Below, in pieces: positions 39,032-57,715 of a stretch of 64,000 nucleotides of DNA. Below the pieces are notes generated by a model. It ran no database searches. It had not been told where the DNA came from and saw only the letters and a list, made by a program, of their open reading frames with translations. The DNA is taken from assembly GCF_009914755.1 (NCBI RefSeq), contig NC_060947.1; one strand, 5' to 3'. Source of the DNA: the human T2T-CHM13v2.0 reference genome, Homo sapiens. The first letter of the stretch is position 1. Each line of letters begins with the position of its first letter. The position numbers and the translations under genes are program-made.

Positions 39032-39249
39032 CAGTTGACCCTTGCGCACCAAAGGTATAAACCACACGGGTCCACTTATACAGACTTTGTTTCAACCAAA
39101 TGTTGATTGAAAATACAGTATTCACAGAATGTGAAACCTATGTTTGACTTTTCATATATGCAGGTTCTGCGGGATTTGTGTATGAGCAAATTTTGGTATA
39201 CACAGGCAGGTCCTAGAACCAATCCCCCACATATACCAAGGGACAACTA
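39032..39249 (-). mobile_element. MER8-like TcMar-Tigger MITE
   Basis: ta|cagttgaccctt...aagggacaacta|ta inverted termini with TA duplication; internal cgggtccacttatac. Confidence 0.8.
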
Positions 39250-40124
39250 TATTCTGCATGTGAATCCCTTATCAGATATATGTTTTGCAATATTTTCTCA
39301 CATTCCATGGGCTATCTTTTCCTGTGTTCTATTTTTTGCACAGTTGTCAAAATAAGACAGTGTGTGGATTTTAAGTTTAAAGCCAGACTAATATTTAGTT
39401 ATTAAAAAATTAAGTATCTACATGCTTATAAAACCTTAAGTGTTTACTGAATTGCAGAGGCTTACATGTTATTATAAACTTCTGATACCTGACAATAAAA
39501 GGCAAACCATAGAATTACACTGAAAAAAAGAAAACTAAGAAAAATTAAGAGGATTTTAGATTTCCTCAATATTCTTTAAAAGCCAGTCCCTTAGGACTTT
39601 CATTCTGCAAATATTATAAATTATCACTAAAATTAATATGAAACTGCTGCTAATGTTAAAAACAAAATTTGGGTGAACTTCTTAAAAGTAACCACAGTCT
39701 AAAAAAGCCTAATGTAGAAACAAAAAATTTCTGGAATATTTAACAGACAAAATACCAAACATTTTAAATGCAAGTAAAATAGGCAGGTGATATTTCAAGA
39801 GAAATACTGTGAAGATTTGTACTGAGAATCAAGACAGAGTAGCCATTCATATAACCCACTTGGCCTTTTATGAATGTTTTTCAAAGAGGCTATTTAACTC
39901 AGGTTATTCTACTCTATGGGTAATATTGCATTTGGTAAGGGGAAAACCCCACACCCTAAAACTTAAAGATTCACGGTACCAGGTGATAATTTAACAATCA
40001 TATCTTTTAGATTTTAGCTATGGCAATTAGTGCTTTAGATATTTACTCCTATCAATGATAGTCACAAAGAATAAAGCAAAGCCCCCTAAATTCTTAAATA
40101 ATTGCATTGCTCTCAAAAAGAGTG

Positions 40125-40490
40125 TTTTTTTAAAATTTTTAAAAATTGATACATATTATTTTTACATATTTTGGGAGTGCATGTGATATTTTGTTACATG
40201 CATAGAATATGCAATGATCAAGTCAGGGTATTCAGGGTATCCATCACCTTGAGTATTTATCATTTTTATATGTTGGAAACATTTCGAGTCCTCTCTTCCA
40301 GCTATTTTGAAATATAAAATGCACTGTTGTTAACTACAGTCACCCCATTCTGCTATCAAACAGTAGAACTTATTCCTTCTATCTAACTATGTGTCTGTAC
40401 CCATTAACCAACCTCTCTCTATCCCTCCCTCAACACACACATACTTCCCAGATTCGGGTATCTATCATTCTATCTACCTCCATGAGGTCA
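40125..40490 (-). mobile_element. L1MA 3' end
   Basis: gatcaagtcagggtattcagggtatccatcacc...agaacttattccttctatctaact. Confidence 0.8.
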
Positions 40491-40524
40491 ACTCAAAAGA
40501 GTAGAGCTTAACATTTATACCTGA

Positions 40525-40850
<326 letters not shown>

Positions 40851-42164
40851 TATGATTGGTTATTAAAGACAACTAATTCTATAAAACCTGAAAACACTAT
40901 TGTGAGCATTTTCCCTAATATAAAACATTTTAAAAGGAAAAAATATTAAATGACCAAATTTATTACTCCTTATTACTCAGAGATTAATTAAAGACAGATC
41001 TGAACATCTGTCTCTTAAACTATACAGCAACTCTCTCATTGGGATAACTATTTGGTTATTTAATTATGCCTGCAATTTTTATTATTCAAAACAGAATAGT
41101 ATAGTAAATCTATCAGCTTCTGACAGATATACAAATGAAAATGTGTGCTTTATTGGAACTGATTTTCTTCCAAAAGTCAATACAAAAATTGCTTTTATAA
41201 AAGCAAAAAAGCAGTTCCATAAAATACTAAGATTCAAACACTGTTTTCCCCAGCAGAATGTTTCTTGAGAACCATCATATTTTACTCTCTAGGATGCACT
41301 GCTATTAAAAAAGAGTACCACTTTAGCTATAATTATCATGTTAATATGTGTGTACGTACTTCCATCCTCCTTTTTTTTTTGATCAATTACTGTATTCACA
41401 ATTGGCCAAAGAGCACCCTCTAACCTGTATCTCCTAATTAAATCAGTAATATCATTTGGGGAAAGGTACCAGAATAAGTGATCAACAAGTAAGAAATCTC
41501 ACTCCAGTCCAAAGATTAGGTTTTGTTGTGTGAAGACAGACATCTTCAGGCACAGAGAGACACAGACACACACACACACACAAAAAGCTTATTGATGGTA
41601 AAACAAAAACTATTCATTGTATTATTTTAAAGCATAGAAAAATACAAGAAATAAACTAGAAGGTCTTCATAACAAAAGCACCCAGAAAACAACTTCTGTT
41701 AGCATTTTGGTGTATTTTAGGCATACTACATGCCTTGCCTTCTATTTTACTTTTGCCTTCAACCTTTGTTAATTAAATAACTGAGAAACAAACTCATGAA
41801 TTTAACTTATACACCTTTTATTATTAATGTGGGTAAATACTTTTTAAAAAAATACTCTGGAATTTTGTATATCTTCTTTTATGGATTTATTCACATTCAT
41901 AATTTTTCTGAAATAAAAGCTCTTTACAAATTAAGGGCATTATTCATATGTGCTGTATATCTTTTTCATCAATTTGCTTCTTGATTTTAATTTTGACAGC
42001 ATCAGTGTTTTAATTAGAAATATTTTATGCTTTTAAGCATACCCATTTTATTCAAATGCAAAACTGAAAAAGAACAACAGACATAGTAAGATGACTGAAA
42101 TAATCTTCTTTGGAAAAAGAATGTCTTTATAGAGAAGATGAAATCAACAAGGTGTATTGTTTAC

Positions 42165-42282
42165 CTGTTAAGTGATCTAAGTAGTACTGATAGAGCTTGC
42201 ACTGAATAGAAGTCATTCTCACAGCTAACACATATTCGTGTTTTGGAGGCAAGAATTTTGTTAATGCTGTATAATCTTTCCT
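42165..42282 (-). CDS. ATRX: ATRX coding exon (~exon 22), 118 nt
   Basis: ttacag|AGGAAAG...TTAACAG|gtaaac; RKDYTALTKFLPPKHEYVLAVRMTSIQCKLYQYYLDHLT(G). Confidence 0.97.
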
Positions 42283-42979
42283 CTGTAATTAACAAGAAAG
42301 AGAATGAAAATTAATCTAAATATTTAACAGGAATGAACTACAAGTTCTCATTGCTTATAACTGAAATATACACATAAATAAATAGGCACTAAACATATAA
42401 GAAAACATTTTCTTAAATATATTTACCCTTTCTAAACCCACAATTATCTACACAATGTATTTCATATGACTATACAATATGGTACACTGGTAAAAAGACA
42501 CTGCAACACACCAGGTAGGTTTTAAATTGAAGCAATCACATTACCAAGTGAGCAATTTAAGTTTTCAAAATAGTCTTCTCTGTACAGAAAAAAAAATAAC
42601 AAAAGGTATGGAGGGGATGTAGTAGGTAGTGTGAGCAAAATGCCTTGCTTTAATCATGTAATAAAACCTAGGAATCAAAGTCTAATGCAGTCTGAGTTGG
42701 CTTCTTAGAAAGATATGCTAATATGTCAAACAATAACATATAATTTTAGAGGGAATATTTGCCCAATTAAGAAAGCAACCCCTCTACAAGCACTCTTGAA
42801 ACCATTTTATTGTAAGAGTAGAAAAACAGAACACCAATGTGCTAAATAGAAATTACTCCTTAAACCAGAAAGAAAAATGCTGCCTGGGTAGTAGCAGCAA
42901 TACAGAAACAGGGTACTTGCTAGCACATGTAGCCAACCTGACCAAACGGAACAACTACTCCTTATAATGATGGCAAGTA

Positions 42980-43695
42980 CAGTCATGCCTCAGTATCTAT
43001 GGGAGACTGGTTCCAGAACCCACCCCACCTCCACAGATAGCAAAATCCATGAAAGTTCAAGTCACTTATATAAATAATGTAGTGTTTGCATATAACATAT
43101 AAACATCCTCCCATATACTTTAAATCATCCCCAGATTACTTATAATGCCTCACACAATACAAATACTATGTAAATAGTTGCTATACTCTATTGTTTAGGA
43201 AATAATGACAAGAAAAAAGTCTGTACATGTTCAGTACAGACACAATCATCCATTTTTTTCTTAATTATTTTCTTTCTTTTTTTTAAGAGACAGGGTCTTA
43301 CTCTATCATTGAGGCTGAAGTACAGTGGCATAATCTTAGCTCCTTGCAGTCTTGAATTCCTGGGCTCAAGCAATCCTCCTGCCTCAGCCTCCCAAGTGAC
43401 AGAGACTATAGGTGCGCACCACCGTGGCTGGCTAATTTTTTAAAACTTTTTTTAGAGACAGGGTCTTGCTCTGTCACCCAGCCTGGAGTGTAGTGGCATG
43501 ATTTTAGCTCACTGCAGCCTTGAACTCCTGGGCTCAAGTGATCCTCCCACCTTGGCCTCTTAAAGTGCTGGAATTACAGGTGTGCACCACTGTACCTAGC
43601 CTCTGTCCATTTTATCTATTTTTTAAAAAAATATTTTTGATCCATGGTAGGTTGAATCCATGGATGCAGAACCTGCAGATATGGAGGGCAAACTG
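42980..43695. mobile_element. MER2-like Tigger element interrupted by a minus-strand Alu (~43255-43600)
   Basis: ta|cagtcatgcctcagtatc...gatatggagggcaaactg|ta. Confidence 0.82.
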
Positions 43696-44357
43696 TATAT
43701 CCAACCAAAAGAATAGCCTGTCTCATTTGTTAAAACATCTTTGAGGCTATCATCAGTACCTAACATCTACAGAGAAAGTGCGTATCTTGAGATCTATTAA
43801 CTGCCAGCTCAGTCTCTAGACACTTATCCATTCATTAATATAGATTCACTGAAAATCTGTATGTAAACGACACCACTAGTCTGTTCAGGTTATTATATAT
43901 ACTTGAAAGTAACAAAACTGTTTCTCCAGGATTACTTTAAAAGTGGCTCCTCTCTTAATTCATACTGGCCTCTCCTATAACCATTTCAAAAAAGTGAGAT
44001 TTATAATACTGTACTACAGAATTAGGGTGAGCATAGGAACTTCATCATAGTAGCTATGTTCCTCTTAAGGAACTCCCTATCTTAAGGATGAAAAATCTAA
44101 ACATTAACATAATAAGATATGAGGCTTTACACCTGGCAAATGAATCAACTATGTTTTAAACTCAGCGGAACTTCTTTTTTAAAAGTTGAATGCAGCAGAA
44201 ATTTTTTAAGACAACGCAAGGAGATATAACTGTAAAACTATCTACTGAAAGAGCGGGAAAGAAAACACAAAATTATTAAACTTTAAGCTCAGAAAATATG
44301 TTGGGATTGTTATATAAAAAAGTAAGAATATTTTATTACTATGGAACATATTTGTAC

Positions 44358-44533
44358 CTGAACACATCCAGCTAACATCTCATAGAGAATGTGAGCACGT
44401 TTTTTCATCACTCTGACATCTACCATGGTAGAATCTGCACACTGACCATTTTGAATTGGATTTATAAATCTATTCCTGAACTCCTTAATGGATCCAAGTA
44501 AATTTTCCTTGATAAAATTAACCATACAATGAT
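44358..44533 (-). CDS. ATRX: ATRX coding exon (~exon 21), 176 nt
   Basis: tcttag|ATCATTGT...GTTCAG|gtacaa; HCMVNFIKENLLGSIKEFRNRFINPIQNGQCADSTMVDVRVMKKRAHILYEMLAGCVQ (overlaps ORF 44310..44549). Confidence 0.97.
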
Positions 44534-45946
44534 CTAAGAGAGAAGACATTATTCATTAACAACATTAACAATCGTTAAAAAGACTTAGAAAAATTCCCCA
44601 ATGAAATGCTCATGTCAAAAACACATGCATTAGAATTAAGCTATAAAGAAAGAATATCAAGCTAAGTATAGAATAAACATGGTTATAAGTCTGATCTACA
44701 AGTGAATTACCAAAACGAGAGAGAAAATTGAAGTAAAAACCATCCCTAAATACTAGACATGAACGTTTTTTAAAAATACCTAAGGACAGTTTATTCAAAC
44801 TCACTATTATTCTTTATAAGAGATATGAAGTATAAAACAAGTGGTCCATTAATCTAACCATGATTTTATGGTCAGTGAGGCTATCTTGTGAAGAAAGGAG
44901 ATACTAAGTCAAAACAATAAATAGGAGGTAATAAGCTACTAAGCAAGTTAATTTATATTAACTGATTCATTTCCAGAATAACCAAATAATATTTGAGAGA
45001 TCAAATAATAACAACTGTTATTCAGTATTCAGTTGGGGCTACACAAATAGTAAAAAAAAAAAATTAATTACTAATGTATTTTGTAAGACTAACCCATTTT
45101 GTAAAAATTAACAGAGCCATCACTTGTCCCATACTATATAGGACCACAATATGAAACAGCATTTCTATAAATAGGGTAACAGAATAGAAAAGAGGAAAAC
45201 TGGAACAGATAAAAACAAACATAAAGTATAGGCTAAAGTGAAATGACTAGTATTACAAATAATAAAATAGCAAAAAGTTACCATAAATACACTAAAGGAA
45301 TGTAACACAGAGAAAAATAACAAAAAGCCATTACAGTGGGAAAAAGAAAAAAAGTGAGAGATTATAACAGGAAATTTCAATTAGTTACTTGCTGAATAAT
45401 CTCATGTTCCCTTCTTTAGTGTCACCACAGACATACGAAAATGAGGGTAATTCACAAGTCATTTCCCTAGGTTCACATCAACTACCTTTAGCCTCAGCAA
45501 ACTGTCCTGCCATGGATTCAGCAAACCTCTCCTTCTCCCATCTCCACTTTACTAAAATGTTCACAGTTCCCATTTCTTTCTGATTTCTTGACAGTACATG
45601 CCCCAAAACTGGAATATCCCCTTAAAATTATCTGGAGTAATCACATATGCTTATGTACTTTCTAAAGCAATCATTAAGACTTCTGATACTCTTGCAATAA
45701 TTCACATTCCATATTTATATATGAACATTCACAATAGCGTATCTCTTAACTGTATTTTACCACTCATTTATAAAGCATCTCATTTGAAAAGTATGTTATT
45801 CTTTCACAGCAGACTAAGATGAACCTATGTAGATCATGGTCTAGGACTATACTAGAATAAGTAGAAGAAAGGTAAATGGTAACGTTACAAAAATATATCT
45901 GAGGAAATACCAATATTCTACTGCATAATCAGAGATATTAACTCAC

Positions 45947-46084
45947 ACTCAATTAGGTTATTTTGAAGTGGTGTTCCTGTTAAAATAATCCTCCTCCTTG
46001 ATCGTATAGAATTCATAGCTTTAGAAACAGCAGATGCTTCATTTTTTAGAATATGGCCTTCATCACAAACAACAAAATCAGGGC
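45947..46084 (-). CDS. ATRX: ATRX coding exon (~exon 20), 138 nt, Walker B DEGH and motif III
   Basis: ttgtag|GCCCT...ATTGAGT|gtgag; [45 protein letters not shown](Y). Confidence 0.97.
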
Positions 46085-46676
46085 CTACAAAAATAAACAG
46101 AAAAATAACACAATTAATATATAATAAAACTGAAAATGTGATCCATTTAAGTAAATAAAGTTAATCCCTTTAAAGTGCTGATCTTACAGGAAGATAAAAT
46201 GACATCGTTGTAAGTATAAACATATTTTATCTGCTCCCGTATTTGGTTAATACAGCACTAACTATATTAATTATATCCAAATGGTAGAGCATTGAAATAC
46301 CACTATAAATGGTAGTCAGGGTCCTCTGAGTTTACAAAAATAAGCAAAAATAAAAACAACAAGAGGGAAAAAGTTCCCCCAACAGACATAGCCTATTTTT
46401 AAAAATGTCTTTTAAAATTGAAAAGTCTTTAAAGCTATTTCAGCATTAGTATATCAACTTAAACTATCAGCAAAGACTAAGAGCAATGTATATATACATG
46501 AAAAGACAAATTTCAAAAGTTACACTTTAAGAATAATATATGTCACAACAGACCATATAATACTTCCCACTTAGTCCAAATAACTAACATTCATTGCTGG
46601 GGAAAAATTTTAACTGATAAAAGAAAGTGAAACTGGTTGTTACATGGGTATGGAGGGTAGGGAGAACAGCTTTTAA

Positions 46677-47163
<487 letters not shown>

Positions 47164-47889
47164 ATATATATTTTTTCCAGGGCATAATACATACTCTATT
47201 TGCTTGCTGGTTAACATATACACACATATTACTTAATTGCTGATTTCAACAAAGCAGCTGTCAAACTATCTCCCATCTGGTAAGCATTAGAGAAAATGCA
47301 ACTTTTACATGACTTCAAAAGTAACAGCTTCAGTATGACAGATCAAATAATAACAACTGTTATTCAGTATTCAGTTGGGGCTACACAAATAGTAAAAAAC
47401 AACAACAACAACAACAACAAAAAAAAACTAATATTTTGTAAAACTAAAATCTCTAGCTTTGTATTTAAAAATTATGCATCCCTTACTTTGAATCTGAAAA
47501 CATTTTCTACAGAGAAAAAAATGCCTTTTACAGCAGTGATTTAAATGGTTTTACCACTTAATATTCGGTATCCATGAGGATGCGTTGAAATGGGTACTCT
47601 CATACACTCTGTGGGAGTCTAAATTAGTATCAAAAATTTTGGAAGTCAATTTTACAATAATTATCAAAATGCAAAATGTGTAAACCCTTTGACCCATATT
47701 TCAATTTCTAGGAATTGGTCCCAAAGATACTCTTCCACAGGCACCCAAAGATACATAAAAGAATGTTCTCTGCAGCACGGTTTGTTACGGAGGAAAATTG
47801 AAAACAACCTAAAAATTTGTCAGAGGGGATCTGGTAAATGGGGCTTAAACCATGGGATAATGGAATAAGTCACAGAGTTAAAATTAATG

Positions 47890-51995
<4,106 letters not shown>

Positions 51996-52495
51996 ATCTG
52001 AAAAAATGATGTATATCTCTATGTGCAAACCTTGAAAGATATGACAAATATATTACTAAATAAAAAGGAGTGTGTTGCAGAATAGTTATCCATATTATGA
52101 TCCCATTTGTATATTTTTGCTGTAATAAACCATAACCATGAGTCTAATGGATTTTCTGAGTTCTGTGAGTCCTTCTTATGAGTTACCAAGCCTGAGGGTG
52201 GCTTTGAGGACCACCTAAATGTTGCAATACCAAATAAGGAGAATACATGCTTCTGTAAGCACAAAAAATTCCTATACGGATATAAATGAAACAATAATGA
52301 GACTAGGAGGTAGGGAACTTTTACTTTTCAATATACAACATTTTCTTCTGTTTTTATTTTGCTTAAGGATATGTATTACTTTTATAATTTCTTTAACTTA
52401 AAAGAACTATTTGTTGGCATGGCAATGGAAGGAGAGTGGTAGCCCTATGGTTAGTACGGATATCTGAAGAACTAGAAGAATTAAGAATAAAAGTA

Positions 52496-52826
<331 letters not shown>

Positions 52827-52996
52827 TCATTAATAACCCTGAGTCAATGAAAAAGTTAAAATTGTTATTCATATATTAAACATGTTATTCATCATATTAA
52901 ATAGAATATGAATTATAAGATAGAAATGTATATAACATTTACTAACATAAAAAATTAAAAATAAGTATTTTTAATGTTCGAAAGGAGTAAGTTTTA

Positions 52997-53455
52997 GCTG
53001 GACTTGGTGGCTCACACCTGTAATGCCAGCTACTACTCAGGAGGCTGAGGCAGAAGGATTGCTTGAGGCCAGGAGGCCAAGACTAACCTAAGCAACATAA
53101 CGAGACCCTCGTCTCCAAAAAATTAGTTGTGTGTCAGGAGTTCGAGACCAGCTTGGGTAACACAGTGAGATCCTCATCTCCAAATAATTATCTAGGTGTT
53201 GTCAGGAGTTCGAGACCAGCCTGGGCAACACAGTAAGACCCTGTCTCTACCAAAAAAAAAAAAAAAAATGTAGTTGGGCATGGCGGCACACTCCTGTAGT
53301 CTTAGCTCCTCAGAAGGCTGAACTGGGAGGATCACTTGAGCCCAGGATTTGAAGCTACAGTGAGCTATAATCATGCTACTGCACTCCAGCCTGGGTAACA
53401 GAATGAGATCCCCATCTCCCTGCCCCCTAAATACATACATACATACTTACATAAA
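52997..53455 (+). mobile_element. Composite AluJ-like element with internal tandem repeats and (TACA)n tail
   Basis: gtcaggagttcgagaccagc occurs at 53133 and 53201. Confidence 0.85.
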
Positions 53456-54169
53456 ATGAAATGTTTGTTACCTTATATACTTTCTAGAAAACTTAATTCC
53501 CAAACAATGACATATATATATCAGATAGGAGGGTTTCAAAATACCTACACTTATAAATAATTATACAGAAACTACAGGGGGAATGGCAGCCATGAGGCTC
53601 TGGAGAGCAGAAGAACAGGAATTTAGAGAAAGACTTGAAGAAAATTTCTTCTGTTCAAAAATTCAAGCCTGACTAAAAGAGTCTGTTAACTTAAGATGGT
53701 TCAATACACTATGGAAACCTGTCATTATTTTATAAAATTACATAGATATATCTTATTGCTTAAAGCAAACAGTACCTTGAGTTAATCCTGTGCATATGCA
53801 CATTCATGCACACACATAAAAATTATGTCCTCTCAAGCTACAAAATGTGGAACATTCTTCTAAAAACAGTAATGTGAATTAGAAAACTCCACCAGATTGT
53901 TTAAGTACATTAAGTAGAAAAATATGCCTCAAAACAAATGGTAAGTTAGGGAAGAAAGGTCAAATAAAGGTTTTGTCACATGCTATTATAATAGTAACAA
54001 ATGCAAATTATTTTTCAGTGTTACATTGCCACCTATTGGTGAATTTTTTTACATAAAAAACCATAAAGATATTAGAGAGAAAAGTTGATAAAATGTTTAG
54101 AACTGTCCAAGTAAACCTCTATTAAATCCCTGACCCAGTAAAACTAGGAAAGTTAACAAAATGTTGTCA

Positions 54170-54460
54170 CTTTCTTTTTTAAGAAACTGGGTCTCACACT
54201 CTGTGATGATTATGATCTCAGTGATCATAGTTCACTGCTTCCTTGAACTCCTGGACTCAAGCAATCATCCCATGTCAGCTTCCTGAATAGCTGAGACTAC
54301 AGGTGTGTGCCACCACACCTGGTTAATTCTTTTATTTTTTTGTAGATATGGGGTCTCACTATGTTGCCCAGGCTGGCCTCAAACTCCCAGCCTCAAGCAA
54401 TCCTCCTGCCTTGGCCTCCCAAAGTATTGTTATTACAGGTATGAGCCATTGCACCCAGCT
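54170..54460 (-). mobile_element. AluJ-like
   Basis: Diverged reverse Alu. Confidence 0.9.
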
Positions 54461-55229
54461 GATTCTTGTCACTTTAAGCTACTAAGGCTTGGGATAATTG
54501 TTACGCAGGAAGAGATAACCAGAGCAGCTAAGTTGAAAGATGAACACTACTATCTTAACTCTGGTCAGCTCTAAACACTGTTTCCAATCCTAATACATAC
54601 TCCCAATTTTCCAGGCTTCTGATCTAATAGCCTACCTTATAAGTTTACAACCTCAGCTCATCCTTAAGAATCTCATACCCAAAACTGTCTGGTTCTGACA
54701 TTTTGTTTCCATCTTGAACTTCAATTTAGACTTTTCTTTAACATTACACCCAAACTTCAGTCTTCACATACTCTGCTGCCATTTATATGATTCTTCACTA
54801 TCACTAATTTGTTCCAAATCAGAGAAGATAAATTGGGCATAAAATGGAAAACATGTACTGGAAAATTAAGTGTTATACTGAACAGATCCCTTCTAATAAA
54901 TTTAGAAGTACTGAACAGATCCTGACACTTTAGACTTAGGTGGCAAAGAAAATTATATCTAGATACTATCACTAAACCTTAAAACTTAACAACAGTTTTA
55001 ATATATTCCATGTTATACATGATGGATATTAGAATATTCTTGTTGCAGATGGTTACCCAGCTATGGCAGAGGAACTATCTCTAATACTTATATATACTCT
55101 GGAAAAGAAAATAAAAGTAGAGCTTCAGTTTCCTGAAGAACATCCAGTAAAACCTAATGGAGAAACCAGCCCCTCTTAAGTTTTAACAAGGGTAATCTAG
55201 GTATTTATTTTTTTAATTATCAAAACAAA

Positions 55230-57538
55230 CAAAAAATATAACCCAATGTAGAACTTACTCAACCTGATAAAAGACACCTATTAGAAATCCACAGCTAATG
55301 TCATACTTAATGGTGGAGAACTGAAAGCTTTCCCTGAGATCAAAAACATGACAACCAACTGCTCTGACCACTTACGTTCGACATTGTATGGAAATTTCTA
55401 AGAAGGGCAATTAGGCAAGAAAAAGAAGTTGAAGATATTCATATTGGAAAGGAAAAAGTAAAACTATTTCTACTCATAGACTATGATTTTCTTAATAGAA
55501 AACTAAATCGCGTGCGTGCGCGCGCACACACACGCGTGAGCGCACACATACAACTATTAGAACTTATAAATGGACTCAACTAAGTTGCAGGATACAGAAT
55601 CAGTATACAAAAATCTGTTGTATTTCTATACACTAACAAAGAATTATCTGAAAATAAAATTAAAACAATTTTATTTCCAAAAGGCTCAAAAAGAATAAAA
55701 TATTTAGGAATAAATTTAAGAAAATAAGTCCAAGACTTTTACACTAAAGAAATTAAAGGACCTAAATCAAATTTCATTATTAAAAGAAATTAAAGACCTA
55801 AATAAACGGAGAGAAATTAGATGTTCATGGAGGGGAAGATTTAATATTGTTAAGATGGCAATATTCCTCAAATTAATCTACAGATTCAATGCAATATCTA
55901 ACAGAATCCCAGCTAGTTTCTTTGAGGAAATATAAAAGCCAATCATCAAATTCAAATGAAATTTCAAGGAACCTCAAATAGCAAAACAACTTTGAGACAG
56001 AAAAATAAAGCTGTAGGACTTCTTCCTGATTGCAAAACTTACCACAAAGCTACAGTAATTAAAACAATGTCACACTGGCATAAGGACAGACATATAGATC
56101 AATACAATAATATTGAGAGCCTAGAAATAAACACATACATCTATGGTCAATTGATTTTCAACAATGGTGTCAAGACTCTTCAATGAAGAAAGAATAGTCT
56201 TTTCAACAAATGGTGTTAGAACAACTGGATATCAAAATACAAAAAATGAAGTTGGACTCCCACCTCATGCCATATACAAAAATAAACTGAAAATAGATCA
56301 TAAACATAAATACAAGAGCTAGAACTATAAAATAAGAAAACACAGGTGAAAAAATTCATGACCTTCGATTAAGCAATGAATACTTGGATATGCACTAAAT
56401 GCAAAAGCAACACAAGAAAAAAATAGGTAAATTAAATGTAATCAAAATTTTAAAGATTAGTACTGAAAAGATGATATAAAAAAGTAAAAAGACAACTCAC
56501 AGAATGGAAGGATATATTTGCAAATTATATGGGTGTGTTTACATTTGTAAATGTCAATTTTCAGTAAAAGGAACCATGATGTCTTCAAGAAATGGCTGAT
56601 TCTGGGGCCAGGACAATATAACATGAACCTGGAGCATCCTGTAATGCCAGAAAGTAATAAAGTGCTCAAAGCCAAAAGGATAGGGACATATCAAAGGGTA
56701 GAGGACCTCACCTTAAAAAAAGCTCCCAATGGTCAAAGTGAAACAATTTGAGCAAAAAAAAAAAAAAAATGCAGTAATGGTTTATAGTCCAATGCACGAA
56801 CTAAAAATAGATGAGTATATAATTATATAAATCAAAGGCTAAATAAATGGGTAAGAAAAGATAATTTTTTCTTTAAAAAAATCCAAATTTTATGTGTAGA
56901 TATTACCCACTATAGGAGATACAGCTTAATTTCCACCATCCTCCCATTCAGGTGGGCTAGATTGAGTGACTGGATTCCAATGAACAGATGAGGGACAGGT
57001 AAAAGTAGCAGCTCTACAGGAGAGAAACCTGACAAACTCTACCCTAGCCAAGTGATGAAAGTTAACATCATCAGTAACAGCAAGTGCTTATCATGTACCC
57101 CCGATATGAGATATGATGTGACAAAAAGGGTATGTCACCTCTGGTATATTCTTTCAAAACCTCAGTCTAATCTCAGTCTAATCACAAGAAAAACTATAAA
57201 TTCAGATCAGAGAACACTCTACAGGATATCTACCTGGACGGTCCTCCTTAAGACTGATGAGATAATGAAAAAATAAAGATTGAGAAACCGTCATAGACCA
57301 GAAGACTGTTAGAGACATGACAGCTAAATACAATGTAGAACCCTGGATAGAAAAACTGGTGCAATACAAATGCAGTTTGAAGTTATTAATAATAATGTGT
57401 CAATTTCTTAGTTTTGACAAATCTACCATGGCAATGTAAGATGTTAACAATTGAGGAACCAGATGTAGGGTATATGGGAACTCTCTGCACTACCTTTTCA
57501 ACTTTCATGTAAACAGAAAATTATTCCAAAATGAAAAG
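55230..57538 (+). mobile_element. Old L1 ORF2 fragment and L1MC-type 3' UTR
   Basis: ORF2-like peptide (KTYHKATVIKTMSHWHKDRHIDQ); end tatatgggaactctctgcac...aaaattattccaaaatgaaaag. Confidence 0.8.
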
Positions 57539-57539
57539 T

Positions 57540-57715
57540 TTTTTTTTGTTTTTTTGTTTTTTATTTTTGAGATGGAGTCTCGCTCTGTCACCCAGATGGG
57601 AGTGCAGTGGCACAATCTTGGCTCACTGGAACCTCCAGCTCCCAGGTTTGAGCGATTCTTCTGCCTCAGCCTCCTGAGTAGCTGGGACTACAGGAGTGCA
57701 CCACCATGCCCGGCC
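57540..57715 (-). mobile_element. Alu right monomer
   Basis: tttttgagatggagtctcgctctgtc...ccaccatgcccggcc. Confidence 0.9.

Larger units (their letters stand above)
37875..39330 (-). mobile_element. Old L1 (L1MB-like) 3' part, host of later insertions
   Basis: Reverse L1 3' UTR/ORF2 end (gtgaaatggtatctcactgt...ggccatttgtatatcttctttagagaaatgtctattc). Confidence 0.85.
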
